DNA from: Octopus bimaculoides
Taxonomy: Eukaryota
Direction: 5' to 3'
NCBI RefSeq assembly: GCF_001194135.2
Contig: NC_068995.1
Coordinates: 33,130,014-33,194,013, forward strand
Length of the DNA: 64,000 nt
A program made the position numbers and the translations under genes. The notes under the pieces were generated by a model. The model was not told the origin of the DNA. It did no database searches and saw nothing but the letters and a program-made list of their open reading frames with translations. Each line of letters opens with the position of its first letter. Position 1 is the stretch's first letter. Shown one piece after another: positions 36,531 to 50,989 of the stretch.

Positions 36531-37683
36531 CAGGCCAGGCCTAACTCTAAAATCTGACGCCATTTACAAATCTTTTTTGCAAGTGAAACGATTATAGCAT
36601 ACCAGAAATCTGTTTCTTGCGAGAAATTATATCCCTTTAGTTTTAATGGCAATAGTATTAATAACTGAAACCTAAAAATACAAAGAAAATACAATTGAAT
36701 AAAACAAACTTAACCAATCAGGAAATTAAGTAAAAATGTAAAATAAATTTAATTATCTCATATTGTAATAAAGGAAAGACTGCTGTAAAACAGAAAGTAT
36801 TGTTATGACAACCAAGCTATGAACTGATAGTGAATGATAGCATATTGCTGAACATTCCATTATTGCATCATCGGCAATCTAATTAACAAAACAGACTAAT
36901 TGGATAACCTTTGAAGTGTTTGCTTTGTCTCCCATACCTCTTTAAATCGCTATGTTTATTGTCATAAACTACTTCCCTTGCCATCTTTCATTTTCTCACA
37001 CATACATATTTTCACTCAAACTGCTCCCTCGTCTATTTGATAGCTGTTTAGCCAAGCACCTACAAATCAGTTTCTCCCTCCTTCTCTCTCTATCTCTATC
37101 TCTATGTACATACATACATACATATATATACACATATATATACACACAAATACACTCACACATGCACACACATGCATATACATACACACACATGCACAAA
37201 TGCATATTTTATTTAGTTTCATTTTCTCCCTCCCTTCATTTAGTTTACCTCTATATTTCTAATTCATTTTCTCATTTTCCTTTTACTGCCTCTCTTCTCT
37301 CTCTATCACCCTTTATTAATCTATTACACTATCAATCTGTTAGACTCTCTTTCCTCCCATCTTATTTTTACAACCTTATCTCTTATCTTTATCATTTTCT
37401 CACTAACTTTATGTTTCTATGCATATAGACAGTTAGAAAAGCACGCATACACAGACACTCACAGAAATATATACATGTTTTCATACACACACACACAAAC
37501 ATACACATATAAGTATATATGCCTATAAATATCTCTCTCTCTCTATATATATATATATATCTATATATATATACACACACACATACACACAGACACACAC
37601 ACATATATATATATATAATTATGTATATATATATATATATATATATAATTATGTATATATATGTATATATATGTATAATTATG

Positions 37684-37723
<40 letters not shown>

Positions 37724-38145
37724 CTTGCCATGGAAACCAAGCCAAAACAGATGACTGGAACCTGGTGCAGCTCTCCGGCTTACCAGCTCTGTCAAACCAT
37801 CTAACCCATGCCAGCATGGAAAATGAACAGTAAATGATGATGTTTGTGATACACACACACACATACACACACACATACGCAAACACAAGCGCAAACACAA
37901 CCCCCACCCCACCCCACACACACACGCACACAGAGTATACATATATATATATATGTGTGTGAATGTGTCAGTGATTGTACTAATATTTCATAACGTATTA
38001 AAAATGCATTATCAAGCAAAATATCCATCCAAGTTTGCCATGAATTGACTTGGTGTTATATAATTTTAATTATATAATATATAGATTAAAGAAACAGAAA
38101 AACATTTTAAGGAGAACTTATATGTATGTACACATACATAATATG

Positions 38146-38198
<53 letters not shown>

Positions 38199-38479
38199 AT
38201 CCATGCAAGTATGTATGTATATCTTTAATTTTAATCTGGAACACATTGTATTTCTACAAACATATTGCACTCTTAGCTGTGTAGCCAAAGCTTCACTAAT
38301 CAGAAAGATAAGAGAGAATTTGAGTTTATCCAAACACTATATGTTACTTTGCATATATAGTCTGAACAGTGTAAACAGACAACTTAAAACTATGTTTTTT
38401 TTTGTTTTTTTTTTATTTACACTCAATAGTAATAATCCAACATGAATCTTACAAAGTTACTCAGACTGCTTACGGAAAG

Positions 38480-40340
38480 TGTCAATAATTCATCATCATC
38501 ATCATCACCATCATCGCTTAACATCCTCCTTCCATGCTGGCATGGGTTGGACGGTTGACAGGAGCTGGCCTGTGTCTGTTTTTACATGGTTTTTACAGCT
38601 GGATGCCCTTCCTAACACCAAACATTCCATAGAGTGGGCTGAGTGTTTTTTACATGGCACTCACACAGGCAAGGTCAGTTTTGGTGTGGTTTTTACAGCT
38701 GGATGCCCTTCCAAATGCCAACCACTTTACAGTGTGGACTGGGTGCTTTTTAAGTGAAACATGCACTGGTGGAGTCACCAAGTGACTTTGCAAAACAAGG
38801 TGTCTTTGAGAGAGGAGGGGGATATTGGAGGAGGTGATCCTGCATCAGATGATGGAAGAGTGTGACAGAAAGGCAGAAACAGATGTCTTGCTGTAGAGGA
38901 GGTCTATGGTTACCCAGTCAGAGAGAGAGAGGAAGAGAAAGAGAGGGAGGGAAAGAGAATAAAAGTTAACAAGAATGAGGGCAGAAACAGTTACATAGAG
39001 AGAGGGCAGGAGTTAATAAGAAAGAGGTGTGCTGCTGTAAAGGGGATACATGGTTACCTAGTCAGAGGTAAGAGCAAGGGAAGGAGGGAGAGCAGAATGA
39101 GAGCAGAAACAGGTTTGTTATAGTAGAGGAAATACATAATTACTCGGCCAGAAAGGAGAGCAAGGGAACGAGAGAGAGAGAGAGAGAGAGAGAGCAGGAG
39201 ACAGCAAGAGTAGGAAAGGGATGGCAGCAAGTTCCAGGGTATATTTGCAAGGAACGGGGATCAGGGCACAGATGGGATGGTAGAGTAAGAAAGAGAGAGA
39301 TGAATGGTGGCAGGTGCAGGCTGGGTATCGCCAAGGAGTCACGAGTTAGGAGTGGGGTGAGGGATGCAGTGACTGGTGAGAATCTGGGTATATACGGGGG
39401 GAGGGGATGGGAGAAGCAACGATACAGTGAGCAGGGTAGTGAGGACTGGATTGGGGAGAGGGGGTGGGGAATGCTGTGCCTGTGTATGTAGAGGAGGAGG
39501 AAGATGAGAGGATGCAACAATACAGTGAGCAGGGTAGCAAGGACTGGATTAGGAAGTGGGAGATAATCATAGTGTATGAAGAGGAAATGTGGGGAAGAGA
39601 AGAGAAACGAGGAGCGGGGAGAGGGGAATGCAATTAGGTTTGTTGGGGTAGGGTGTGTGAAAGTTTTATTGTTATGTGTGAAAGTCTTAGTTATGTGTGC
39701 CCATGTCAGGTTTGCTGACATGGGCAGGTCTTCTCTAGAACCTCATTGCCAGACATCTAGGTCCAGTGTTATTTCCTCTGTGAGTCCCAGCATCCTGAGA
39801 TCAGTCCTCATTACTTCATCCCATGTCTTCCTGGGTCTTCCTCTTCCACAAGTGCCATCCACTTTCAGCGACCAGCACTTTTTTATACAGCTGTCTTCAT
39901 TCATATACATCACATGTCCAAACTGACATATTCTCCTCTCTTGCATGCTGCATTTGATTCCTCTTATGCCTAATTTTTCTCTCAACACATTTGCACTTTG
40001 TCATTCATGCACATTGATGCTGCACATTCAGCAGAGCATACTGTCTTCATTCCTCTCTAGTCTACCTACTCTACACATGTCCTCCGCATTCAGAGCCCAA
40101 GTTTCACTACCATGGAGTATAGCTGTTCATACACAAGTATCATACAATTTACCTGTGACAGGTAAATTGTATGATACTTGAGAGAGTCTTTTTGTTGCCA
40201 ACAGAGGCATTAACTCTCTGAACTTTCTCCATCCTATTCATATTCTAGAAAAAAATACTTTCAGAGCATCCACCCCCATTGCTGATTTGGTCACCTAGGT
40301 AACGGAAACTATCTACAACCTCAAGAGAGCCTCCTATTTG
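38480..40340 (-). mobile_element. RTE-clade LINE 3' portion with a long 3' UTR
   Basis: KLGIRGIKCSMQERRICQFGHV...GRGRPRKTWDEV (39743-39988). The UTR has a ~98-bp internal duplication (39416/39514) and a (GAT)n tail at ~38490. Confidence 0.8.
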
Positions 40341-40584
40341 AGAGAGTCTAAGTCCCATGTGCTCTTAATGCTTATTGTTCCTGCACCTCTGTCACACACA
40401 AAGATGACCTTATCTGTTAATCTACCTAATTCCACTGCATTTCTTATGTGTCCACAGCTTACATTTGGTGCAGTGAATGGAATTACTTTCCACTCCTTTC
40501 CTACAAATTGAGCAGGACCATTTACCTGATGGAATTAGTGTCTTATCTGCTTTCTTGCTAACAACTTTGGTCTTAGCTAACATC

Positions 40585-40925
40585 GAGCGTGATCGTTACC
40601 AGTGTCGCCTTACTGGCACTTGTGCTGGTGGCACATGAAAAAACATTCGAGCGAGGTCATTGCCAGTGCCGCTGGACTGGCTCCTGTGCAGGTGGCATGT
40701 AAAAATCACCATTTGAGCGTGGCCGTTGCCAGTACCACCTGACTGGCCCTTGTTCCAGTGGCACATAAAAGCACCCACTACACTCTCGGAGTGGTTGGCG
40801 TTAGGAAGGGCATCCAGCTGTAGAAACTCTGCCAGATGAGATTGGAGCCTGGTGCAGCCATCTGGTTCGCCAGTCCTCAGTCAAATCGTCCAATCCATGC
40901 TAGCATGGAAAGCGGATATTAAAAA

Positions 40926-40984
<59 letters not shown>

Positions 40985-40985
40985 A
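40585..40985 (+). mobile_element. RTE 3' tail with (GAT)n
   Basis: Tandem UTR units, ggttggcgttaggaagggcatccagctgtagaaac and a long (GAT)n run. Confidence 0.9.
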
Positions 40986-41133
40986 GTAGTGTCAATAAAT
41001 AGATTCAAATATTTACTTATCTATCTTGCAAGCTGATAAAATAAAATATATTTCAGTATATATTTACTATATGGCTCAAAATGTTTTTCATTCAGTTTAT
41101 CTACACACACTCACACTGACACACAGACAGACA

Positions 41134-41219
<86 letters not shown>

Positions 41220-41289
41220 ATTAAAAGCACACCAATCTGAGACCAAACTCTCAAGAAACCTAACAAAAGGGGGTCTTGTTTCAGACTGG

Positions 41290-41497
41290 GAACTAGTGTC
41301 ACAATGATGTCACATCTGTTATTGATGACTTTTTTGACCAACAGGATGAATGCTTCACCAATGAGATCCAATCACTGCAACATCAATGAATGAAGTATGT
41401 GGACCACAAGCAGGGATTATGTTGAAATATAAACCTCATTTGGTCACATACCATGAGAGTTTCTTGATCAGCCTATGAACTTTTCAACCAACTCTTG
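41290..41497 (+). mobile_element. Mariner 3' end
   Basis: DVTSVIDDFFDQQDECFTNEIQSLQ, then TIR gcctatgaacttttcaaccaactcttg-TA. Confidence 0.65.
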
Positions 41498-41869
41498 TAA
41501 TGCAGCAATTTGGAGTAGTTTAAAGATGGTCAGATAGTAATTTTTGATATAGAATTAAAACCAACAGAACATATTCTCTTAAATTTTATTGAAGCAGTTT
41601 CCATCTAATTTTGTATTGATCCACTCTAAAATATAGGCAATTTCTCCTTGAGTTTTGAGATGATGATATCTAAAGTGCGTTTATTGTTGGTGCCCAAGTC
41701 AGTGTTTGAAGGATTTAGTTGTCTTATCAGTGGATGATCATTGAAGTTAGGCTTATGATCTTTAAGGTTAAATTAGGGGTTCTGTGAATCTGCATACTAA
41801 CATTATTAAGTGCTATATGATAGTATTATTGATATGTATTTGACATGGAATTTGAGAAAAATGGTAATA

Positions 41870-43075
41870 CAGGATGTCCCAAAATTAAGGCAGCAACCAA
41901 CTTTTTTCAATTTTGCCAAAGTAAGATATTGTTACATTTCGGGTTCAAGCATTGCAAGGCAATGGTAAAGGAAACACAATTATGACACTACTACATATAC
42001 TCTACCACATTTGTTTCAAATTACAGCCTTAAGTCTAGGTGCAAATGTTTCACATGTGGCATGCAGCTGTTCTTACAGAATTAAAGCCCATTCCAAGTGC
42101 AGTTTTGCCTTCAGAGCATCAAGCAAAGCATGAGAAATGCTCAAGACCCTTGACTCCAAAACTGACCAAACAGAAAAATCTGACGATTTGAGATCAAGGC
42201 TTCCTGAGTGCCATACACCCTTGCCTATGAACGATGAAATGTTTTGTGTCGGTTTGGAGCTGTGGGATGGTACCAAGTTTTGTTGGAGGCTCCAAGGTGC
42301 ACCTTGAAAGTGCTCATTCGCCCATGAAAGCATTCAGCTTCCAGAATGTCATTAATGTATCGCTGGATGTTAATTTTAACACCCAAGGGCACAAAAACAA
42401 GGGGAGACCTTCCAGTGGCTGTCACAGCTGCCCAAACCATAACTAACTGTGGATTTTGACGTCAATTTACAAGTCTACCATCAATGGAGCCAGATACACT
42501 TCAAAGTCAGTCATTCTGGTAGTTTACTGTCTGTTCAATGTCAAATTTCTTTTCATTAGTGAACACCGAGTTTGGCAGCGTGTCTTCAGCAATCTGACAT
42601 AGGATAGGGTGACTTCTCTCCAGTCTCATGGCCTTATAAACTTGTGTGAGCTCATGACAGCGGATCACCTTGTAGGAGTGAGTCCTGAGATCCTCCTTCA
42701 GAACTTGATACATTGATGTTCAGCTTACTTTTGCTGTGGCAGCCAGTTTTTGCCATATCCTTTTTTTCTGGTACTTCTTTTTCAGCCACATCCAGGTCGA
42801 TTATCAGTGGAACCAGTCTCTTGAAATTTCTTGAATATTTTCCAGACTGGTGTTAAGTTAATTTTAAGCTTTTTTTGTTATAGCTGTATTGTGGAGGTTT
42901 GATTGTATTTCAGTCTATAGCCATTATCTAATTCTTAAATCTGAATTAAGTTAGTCTGAAACAAAAAGAAGACACACTAAGCTTTTATAATGATGTATAA
43001 TTTTCATATCTTATTGCTTTTATCGATAGTTATTAAAGCCTGAAACTTCAGTTGCCTTAATTTTAGGACACTCTG
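41870..43075 (-). mobile_element. Near full-length decayed DD37D (maT-like) Tc1/mariner transposon
   Basis: TA-flanked TIRs caggatgtcccaaaattaaggcagc / gttgccttaattttaggacactctg. Fragments VFTNEKKFDIEQ, MVWAAVTATGRSPLVFVP, WSLQQNLVPSH and SLDLKSSDFSVW. Confidence 0.9.
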
Positions 43076-44446
43076 TATATTTGTTTTTTGAACTCTTAGA
43101 AATTTTTGACTTATTCAACTGAATGAATTATCTTGTTGCTGAATTTTAATAAATTGATTTTTGTCTTTTTTCACTGCTGTCTGGAACTTATAGGAATGTC
43201 TTCAGAAATTAAATAGATGCTCTGCAAAAAGTTGAAGAAAGATACTTGAGAAAGGACATTTTACATAGTTTTACATAGTTTTGTTAGTGCATGAAAGTGT
43301 TTAACAACTTTGCTGTTATCCCTAATCTAGTGGTCTGGCTAATCTATAATACAAGACATTCCAGCCAATGATCCCATGTTGTTGTTTATTTCCCAGATCA
43401 GCTCTTATATAGTGAAAGACATCATAGCTTTTACCATCTCTCTCTTTTTTTCTTTTCCTTGAGACATAATGTAACAAGGGCTACAGCATCCAATATGTCC
43501 TTCTTATTGTAAAATTATATGGTGTGATTCTGGAGAGATTTTATTGATATTTCTAGCAGATAAAACATGCTAAATAAATGTTGAAAAGAGATTAGTTAAT
43601 TCTAGAGTGTTTCTTATCATGGTGGGAGATTGTTTGATGACCTTTCATATTCACTCGTGATGGCCAACAGCAACCTTCCTACCATCTGTCTAGGATCCAT
43701 CATGAGGTCAAAATCTTACAGCTAACAGATTTTAATTCTTGAGCCAAGCACGAACACCCACTGTAACCAACTCTCTTAGGAGAATGAACAGCAATGGTTT
43801 CCTCCTACTACTTCTCTACTTATGAATTAGACCCTCACCATTACTAACACCACAAACTGGCAGCAAGAAGAGTAGAAAACCTGGAAAGTAGTACTTCATA
43901 AACTGTTAAGTTGTGTGAAATATGAATGACAGAAATATGAGAAACACAAGTTCATGTGCCAGATCCCCTGCCAAAGAGAAATCTGCAAGTTGTTTCTTTC
44001 AGGACTGAAATATCAGTGTGTAGCAAGACTCTTGCATACAGGCTGTATTTGCCAAGAATTATTAGAAGAGTCTACCTTAGAATAAAATTGGTAACAATTC
44101 TGAATATATTTTCAGAAGATTATTGGAGAACAATTATTTGTGTACTCTTCAGAGTCTTTTGTTCAACTAAGTTACCAAGGTTGGTTTGAAATGTTAATGA
44201 CTTTTCCATACAGGATGTGCTCCAGGTTGTGTACAGCTCTGACAGAAACTGGTTCAAAGGATAGTAGAGAGCTGCAAAAAATACCATACAAAATTATGAA
44301 TGCAAAATGAAGAATTTCAGATAATGAGAAAAAGTTCATAAGTTTCAGGAATATCTTAAGAAAATAGAATGTGTGTATTTACGCACACACACACACACAC
44401 ACACACGGACACACACACACGGACACACTCACACACACACACACGG

Positions 44447-44477
<31 letters not shown>

Positions 44478-44641
44478 TATATTTATGTATTTACTATTGC
44501 TGGATGGACAAATAAAGTATTTCGTGCCTTTACATGAAATTTGTGATTGGCTTGGAATGAATTGCCCCTATTTATATGTATTTCAATTACTCTAGCAATG
44601 AACAATTTGGTTACTGAACAGAGCTCCAGACTCTCTCTCTC

Positions 44642-44700
<59 letters not shown>

Positions 44701-44701
44701 G

Positions 44702-44744
<43 letters not shown>

Positions 44745-44769
44745 NNNNNNNNNNGTGTGTGTGTGTGTG

Positions 44770-45745
44770 TGTGTCTCTTTGTGTCTGTATTTGTTTCCCC
44801 CACCATTGCTTGACAACCAATGCTGATGTGTTTACATCCATGTAGCTTAGCAGTTCAGCTAAGAGACCAATTGAATAAAGTAGTAGGCTTACAAAGAATA
44901 AGACCCAGGGTTGATTTCTTCAACTAAGAAACCCGTTAAGTGCTCCGGCATGGATGCAGTCAAATTACTGAAGCAAGCAAAAGAATAAGGGACAGCATAG
45001 CTGCTAGAATAAGAATCGGCTAGACTAAGTTCAAAGAGCTTTTACATTTGTTGTTCCCTCCGACTGAAAGATTGTATGATGCCTGTGTACAAACAGCCAT
45101 GCTATATGACAGTGAAACATGGGCTGTGACTACTGAAGACATGTAAAGTCTTGAAAGAAACTAAGCCAACGTGCTCTGCTGGATGTGCAATGTCAATGTG
45201 CCTGTGCAACCAAGTGTAAATGTTTTAAGAGAAAAATTGGGTATAAGAGGCATTAGATGTAGTCTGCAAGAGAGTAGACTGTGCTGGTGTGGTCATATGA
45301 TGCACATGGACGATGGCAGCTGTGTAAAGAAGTGCTGATCTCTAACTGTGGAGGAAACCTGTGGAAGGGGTTGACCCAGGAAGATGTGGAATGAGGTGGT
45401 GAAACATGATCTTCAGTTAGTGAGCATCACAGAGGCAATGACAAGTGACCATGACTTCTTGTGATTTGTTGTGTTTGAGAAGACATATCAGTCCAAGTGA
45501 ACTGTAGTCATTGCCAGTGCCAGTGATGTGTAAAAGGCACCCATGCTGCTGACACATAAATGGCATCTGCACTGGTGACAGGTAAAACACACCTAGTACA
45601 CTCTGTAAAGCGTTAGGAAGGGCATACAGTCGTAGAAACCAAGCCAAAACTAGAGCCTGGTGTAGGTCTCTAGCTCACCAGTCCCAAACAAATTGTCTAA
45701 CCCATGCCAGCATGGAAAACAGATGTAAAACAATGATGGTGGTGA
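44770..45745 (+). mobile_element. SINE type A tail followed by a 5'-truncated RTE LINE (44985-45745)
   Basis: Homologous to 20760-20960 and 28065-29149 respectively. Confidence 0.85.
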
Positions 45746-46429
45746 TGGTTGTCAGCTTGTTAATAGAGTATGACTTTTCCCAACATGAGCACAACCATAT
45801 ATANNNNNNNNNNNNNNNNNNNNNNNNNNNNNNNNNNNNNNNNNNNNNNNNNNNNNNNNNNNNNNNNNNNNNNNNNNNNNNNNNNNNNNNNNNNNNNNNN
45901 NNNNNNNNNNNNNNNNNNNNNNNNNNNNNNNNNNNNNNNNNNNNNNNNNNNNNNNNNNNNNNNNNNNNNNNNNNNNNNNNNNNNNNCAAACAGAATGAAA
46001 TGTTTAAAAAAGGATAAATAATTAAAATAAATAAATAAATAAATATTTACCAATAGCAATTAATAAATAAGCAACAGCTGTATACAAATTTAATTCAGAA
46101 CTATCGATTAGAAAATTTTATAATGTCAAATATTTACAGTTCAGAAAATTACTGCATAGCAGTCTTTTCTCTCTCCCTCTCTCTCCCTCTCTCTCCCCCT
46201 CTCTGAGATAGTCTATATGTTATGTGACTGGAAATGACTATTTCGTCTTGCAAGAGATTTACAAACTTTTCAACAGATGACATGAAAACATTTGACTTAG
46301 TAGTGAAGGCTGTTACAAAGTGATATTGTGACATTTCATCTGTCTAATCTATGCAGATTTCTTCCTGCAGGTCTTATTACAAACAGAGCTAGATAGTTCA
46401 GCTGACTGTAACTGTGAATAATCTATAGG

Positions 46430-46740
46430 AGCCTAAAAAAGCGCTTTTGCTTATGACTGACTAGTCCAGCTTGAGAGAGACAAATACAGTTGCAGGCATC
46501 ACAAGTAAGAAGAGAAGGATCATTGGCCACAAGCAAACCCTTTGTTGCCTCTCTTTTTATCACTGCATGTTTCTGCTTGTTATCTTCAAACAAGGCAGTA
46601 CCTTCTCGGATTTTACTCCATTTTGATCAGTTCATTGCATCCCTCTCTCAGTTTACATGCATCATTCCAAAGTTCATTAGTGCCCTACTTGTTGATTCCT
46701 TGAAATACACTTTAGGTTTGCACTCTTTGATTCTTTTATT
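46430..46740 (-). mobile_element. RTE/BovB-like ORF C-terminus with a C2H2-type zinc motif
   Basis: KPKVYFKESTSRALMNFG..W.. and LTCDACNCICLSQAGLVSHKQK on the minus strand. Confidence 0.7.
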
Positions 46741-46852
46741 TGACCATAGAACACTTACTTGTGTGTGTGTGTGTCTGTGTCTGTCTGTATGTATGTATGT
46801 ATGTATGTGTGTGTATGTGTGTGTATGTGTGTATGTGCATGCGCATGCATGT

Positions 46853-47174
46853 GAAGGTGCATGGCTTAGTGGTTAAGGTATTCGGCTCACGGTCATAAGG
46901 TCAAGAGTTCAATTCCTGGCAATGCATTGTGTCTTTGAGCAAGACACTTTATTTCATGTTGTTCCAGTCCACTCAGCTGGCAAAAATGAGTAGTACCTGT
47001 GTTTCAAATGGCCAGCCTTGCCACATTCTGTGTCACGCTGAATCTTTCTAAGAACTACATTAAGGATACACTTGTGTGTGGAGTGCTCTGTCACTTTCAT
47101 GTTAATTTCACGAGCAGGCTGTTCCATTGATTGGATCAATTGGAACTCTTGTCATCGTAACCGACAGAGTGCCA
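46853..47174 (+). mobile_element. Full-length SINE type C (tRNA head + CORE-like domain)
   Basis: A box tggcttagtggttaagg, B box gagttcaattcc, then gtgtctttgagcaagacacttt and tail gtaaccgacagagtgcca. Confidence 0.9.
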
Positions 47175-47515
47175 TCCCCCTGCATTTTGTTCTTATTTTT
47201 CCTCCTCTCTCTCTTCAGCTTTTAAATCTCTGGCACGACTATATGAACTACTTTCACCAATTTTCTCTTAATGAGGGGAGTCAGACTTATGGCAATGTCT
47301 TCATGTGACTGGTTACATACCAAAGACTTTTTACACATTTCATCTGCAAATTATGAACATTACAATTATTACAGAACTCCAAGTGTCTTGAAACAGCTGT
47401 CAAGTTAAGAAATTATATATTACTGTTCTTAGTATTCTGTATTTTTTATACTCTATGTAAATATATTTGTGTGTGTGTATGTGTGTTTATCTTTCTGAAT
47501 ATATGTATCTATGTG

Positions 47516-47564
<49 letters not shown>

Positions 47565-47877
47565 ATGTATATATGTGTTTATCTTTCTGAATATATGTTG
47601 ATATATGTGTCTGTGTAAGGTGGCGAGCTGGCAGAGACGTTAGCATGCCGGGCAAAATGCTTAGCGGGCTGCTCAAGGCTCCATTCTCTGTTCTGGCATG
47701 GTCTCTGTGGCTGAATGTCTTTCTTAATGCCAGCCACTCTACAGAGTGTACTGGGTGCTTTTTATGTGGCACCAGCATTGCTATCAATTCTGCTGTGGTG
47801 GACAGGTCTTTCTGAGTATAGCAAGGTCCCAGACATCTCAGTCTTTTGTCAGCAAAGCACCAAATATTTCAGTCTTT

Positions 47878-47937
<60 letters not shown>

Positions 47938-48264
47938 NNNNNNNNNNNNNNNNNNNNNNNNNNNNNNNNNNNNNNNNNNNNNNNNNNNNNNNNNNNNNNN
48001 NNNNNNNNNNNNNNNNNNNNNNNNNNNNNNNNNNNNNNNNNNNNNNNNNNNNNNNNNNNNNNNNNNNNNNNNNNNNNNNNNNNNNNNNNNNNNNNNNNNN
48101 NNNNNNNNNNNNNNNNNNNNNNNNNNNNNNNNNNNNNNNNNNNNNNNNNNNNNNNNNNNNNNNNNNNNNNNNNNNNNNNNNNNNNNNNNNNNNNNNNNNN
48201 NNNNNNNNNGACATTAATGAAAATCTGTAAATGTACAAACATCCAGATTTCTGAGTACCTTGAT

Positions 48265-48315
<51 letters not shown>

Positions 48316-48430
48316 TTACTTGGAAATGAATGCATGGCGTTCGATCATATAATAATATAAATAATATATATATATGCGTATATACATACATGCATACATG
48401 TACATACCTACATATATAGGTATATACACA

Positions 48431-48764
48431 TGCATATATGGGTACAGGACGTCAAAAAAACGTGAACAACATGAAAATCAAAAAAATGGAAAATGAACTT
48501 TTTTCGAACAACAAAAGAGACAAATAGAAAAACGAGACAGGCAACATAAAGAACAGTTGTCCACTGTTTTATCCACTCCGCATTTCGAGAGTAGATAAAA
48601 TAGTGGACAACTGATGAAGGGATTGTTCTTTATGTTGTCTGTCTCATTTTTCTATTTGTTTCTTTCGTTGTTCGGAAAAAAGCTCGTTTTCCATGTTTTT
48701 ATTTTTCATGTTCTCGTTTTTCATGTTGTTCACGTTTTCTTGACGTCCTTTACCCATATATGCA
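48431..48764. repeat. ~334-bp imperfect inverted repeat (fold-back)
   Basis: tgcatatatgggtacaggacgtcaa...gacaggcaacataaagaaca versus tgttctttatgttgtctgtc...ttgacgtcctttacccatatatgca, with an inner cagttgtccact/agtggacaactg pair. Confidence 0.85.
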
Positions 48765-49470
48765 GTACGACGTGTTGTACTGCTTGGAATTCGCATCAAA
48801 ATCTCCAATATGAACATTTCTGAGTGTTTGGGTGTCAGTCTGAGGACGTTGCATGTACTGAAAGTGATAAAAATCAAACATCCAGTCAACATCATGGTGT
48901 TTGGAATGACCACTAGTGATGGTGATGTTAAGCCTCCTTTCATCTTCCCAGCCTCAGACTCAACACGGAGGCCTACATCAAGTGTCTGGAGGAGTTAGTG
49001 CTGCCCTGGGTCAAGGGGGTGGCTGCTGGAAGACCCTATGTCTGGCAACAGGACTCTGCATCATGCCACACAAGCAGGAGAACCCAGTCATGGCTGTCAA
49101 ACAATTTCTGCAACTACATCACCCCTAACAACTGGCCACCTAACTCCCCAAACTGCAACCCCCTTGATTATTATGTGTGGGGTACAGTTGAGCGAAGGAC
49201 CAGCACAACTCCTTGTAATACCAAAGATGAACTGAAGGCAAGGATTATGGCAGCATTCACCAACTTAAACAATGAAACCATCCAGAAGAATTGCAGGAGA
49301 TTCCGAAGTCCTCTGGAGGTTGTGGTTGAAGCCAATGGTGATTTTATTGAACAAATTTACTCTTTAGTATTTCAAGGTATTTTTGTGTAATTTTGGTAAA
49401 TATAGCTGTTAAAATGAGATGTTGATGTTATTTTCATTTTTGCTAAATTTAGACGACAATTTATTCACTG
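48765..49470 (+). mobile_element. DD37D (maT-like) mariner remnant
   Basis: KHPVNIMVFGMTTSDGDVKPPFIF and GRPYVWQQDSASCH...WPPNSPNCNPLDYYVWG...EANGDFIE. Confidence 0.9.
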
Positions 49471-50440
49471 CATCATTTATATATTCAGTAATGTAACTAC
49501 GCATGTGCTGTTGGTGATTTCTTTTCCTTATTTGGACTTTTCCCTTTCTCTTTTCCAACAAAGGGCTATTCTCAACATGTCAAAAGCTCTCTCTTTTTAC
49601 TGAGGGTCAAACTAATACATTCCTTGTTCACATCCTCTTGTTGTTTGTTAATGTTAATCTTACTGGTCATTCGTTTGATTTTACTACATATATATATATA
49701 TANNNNNNNNNNNNNNNNNNNNNNNNNNNNNNNNNNNNNNNNNNNNNNNNNNNNNNNNNNNNNNNNNNNNNNNNNNNNNNNNNNNNNNNNNNNNNNNNNN
49801 NNNNNNNNNNNNNNNNNNNNNNNNNNNNNNNNNNNNNNNNNNNNNNNNNNNNNNNNNNNNNNNNNNNNNNNNNNNNNNNNNNNNNNNNNNNNNNNNNNNN
49901 NNNNNNNNNNNNNNNNNNNNNNNNNNNNNNNNNNNNNNNNNNNNNNNNNNNNNNNNNNNNNNNNNNNNNNNNNNNNNNNNNNNNNNNNNNNNNNNNNNNN
50001 NNNNNNNNNNNNNNNNNNNNNNNNNNNNNNNNNNNNNNNNNNNNNNNNNNNNNNNNNNNNNNTATATATACATGTTTATATATGTATATACATGTTCATA
50101 TATGTATATATGTGTGTGTGTGTGTATATATATATATACATATACACATATATATACACACACACACACATATATATAGACACACACCTATATACAATGG
50201 GCTTCTTTTGGTTTCTGGCCAACAAATCTACTCACAAGGCTTTGGTTAACCGAAAATACTTGCCCAAGGTGCCACACCATGGGAGTGAACCTGAAACCAT
50301 GTGGTTGGGAAAAAAGCGTCTTACCACACAGCCATGCCTGTGCTCATATATGTATATAAAAGGTCATTCATTTTATATTTTGTAAACGTCTTTATGTTAA
50401 GAAATATCCAACTTGAAGCAAGTTCAGCCTCTTCCACAAA

Positions 50441-50485
<45 letters not shown>

Positions 50486-50989
50486 CTGGTAATCCTATCC
50501 CAGAAAATGTCGGTGCAAGAATCCAATTTCCTATTGTTTGCAATAAAACTTTAAAGAATGCACAAAAAAATATATCAAACTCAAAAGAGATCCAACTTCA
50601 GTATTACATAAAGCAGATTTAGGTTGTAATGATTGCATTCCTATTTTAGAAAAAACATTGGTGAGAGAATCAATATCTCTTATATCCTAGAATAGCATCA
50701 TAAATAAATGAATATGCATCAACACATAACTATGGCACTTAACTACAATGCATGTATATATATATATATATATATAATTTCAAGACTTTACTAGATAATC
50801 AGAAATTCTATCTAATTTACAGAAATACATAAAATATTTTATCAATTTTTGTGAATAATAATGATGATGATGATGATGATTTCAAAATTTAGCACAGTCC
50901 AGCAGTTTTAAGGGTGGGGGTAAATCGTTCAACTGGTACTAATTTTATTGGCCCCGTATTGATGAAGTCTACCTCAGCAGAATTTGAAT

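Noticed and set aside
39140-39721. 193-aa Pro/Ser/Leu-rich ORF
   Set aside because: Purine/pyrimidine-biased 3' UTR of an RTE element.
46149-46334. Minus-strand ORF MSQYHFVTAF...
   Set aside because: Lies just downstream of an RTE C-terminus, with no good donor site and no known motif.
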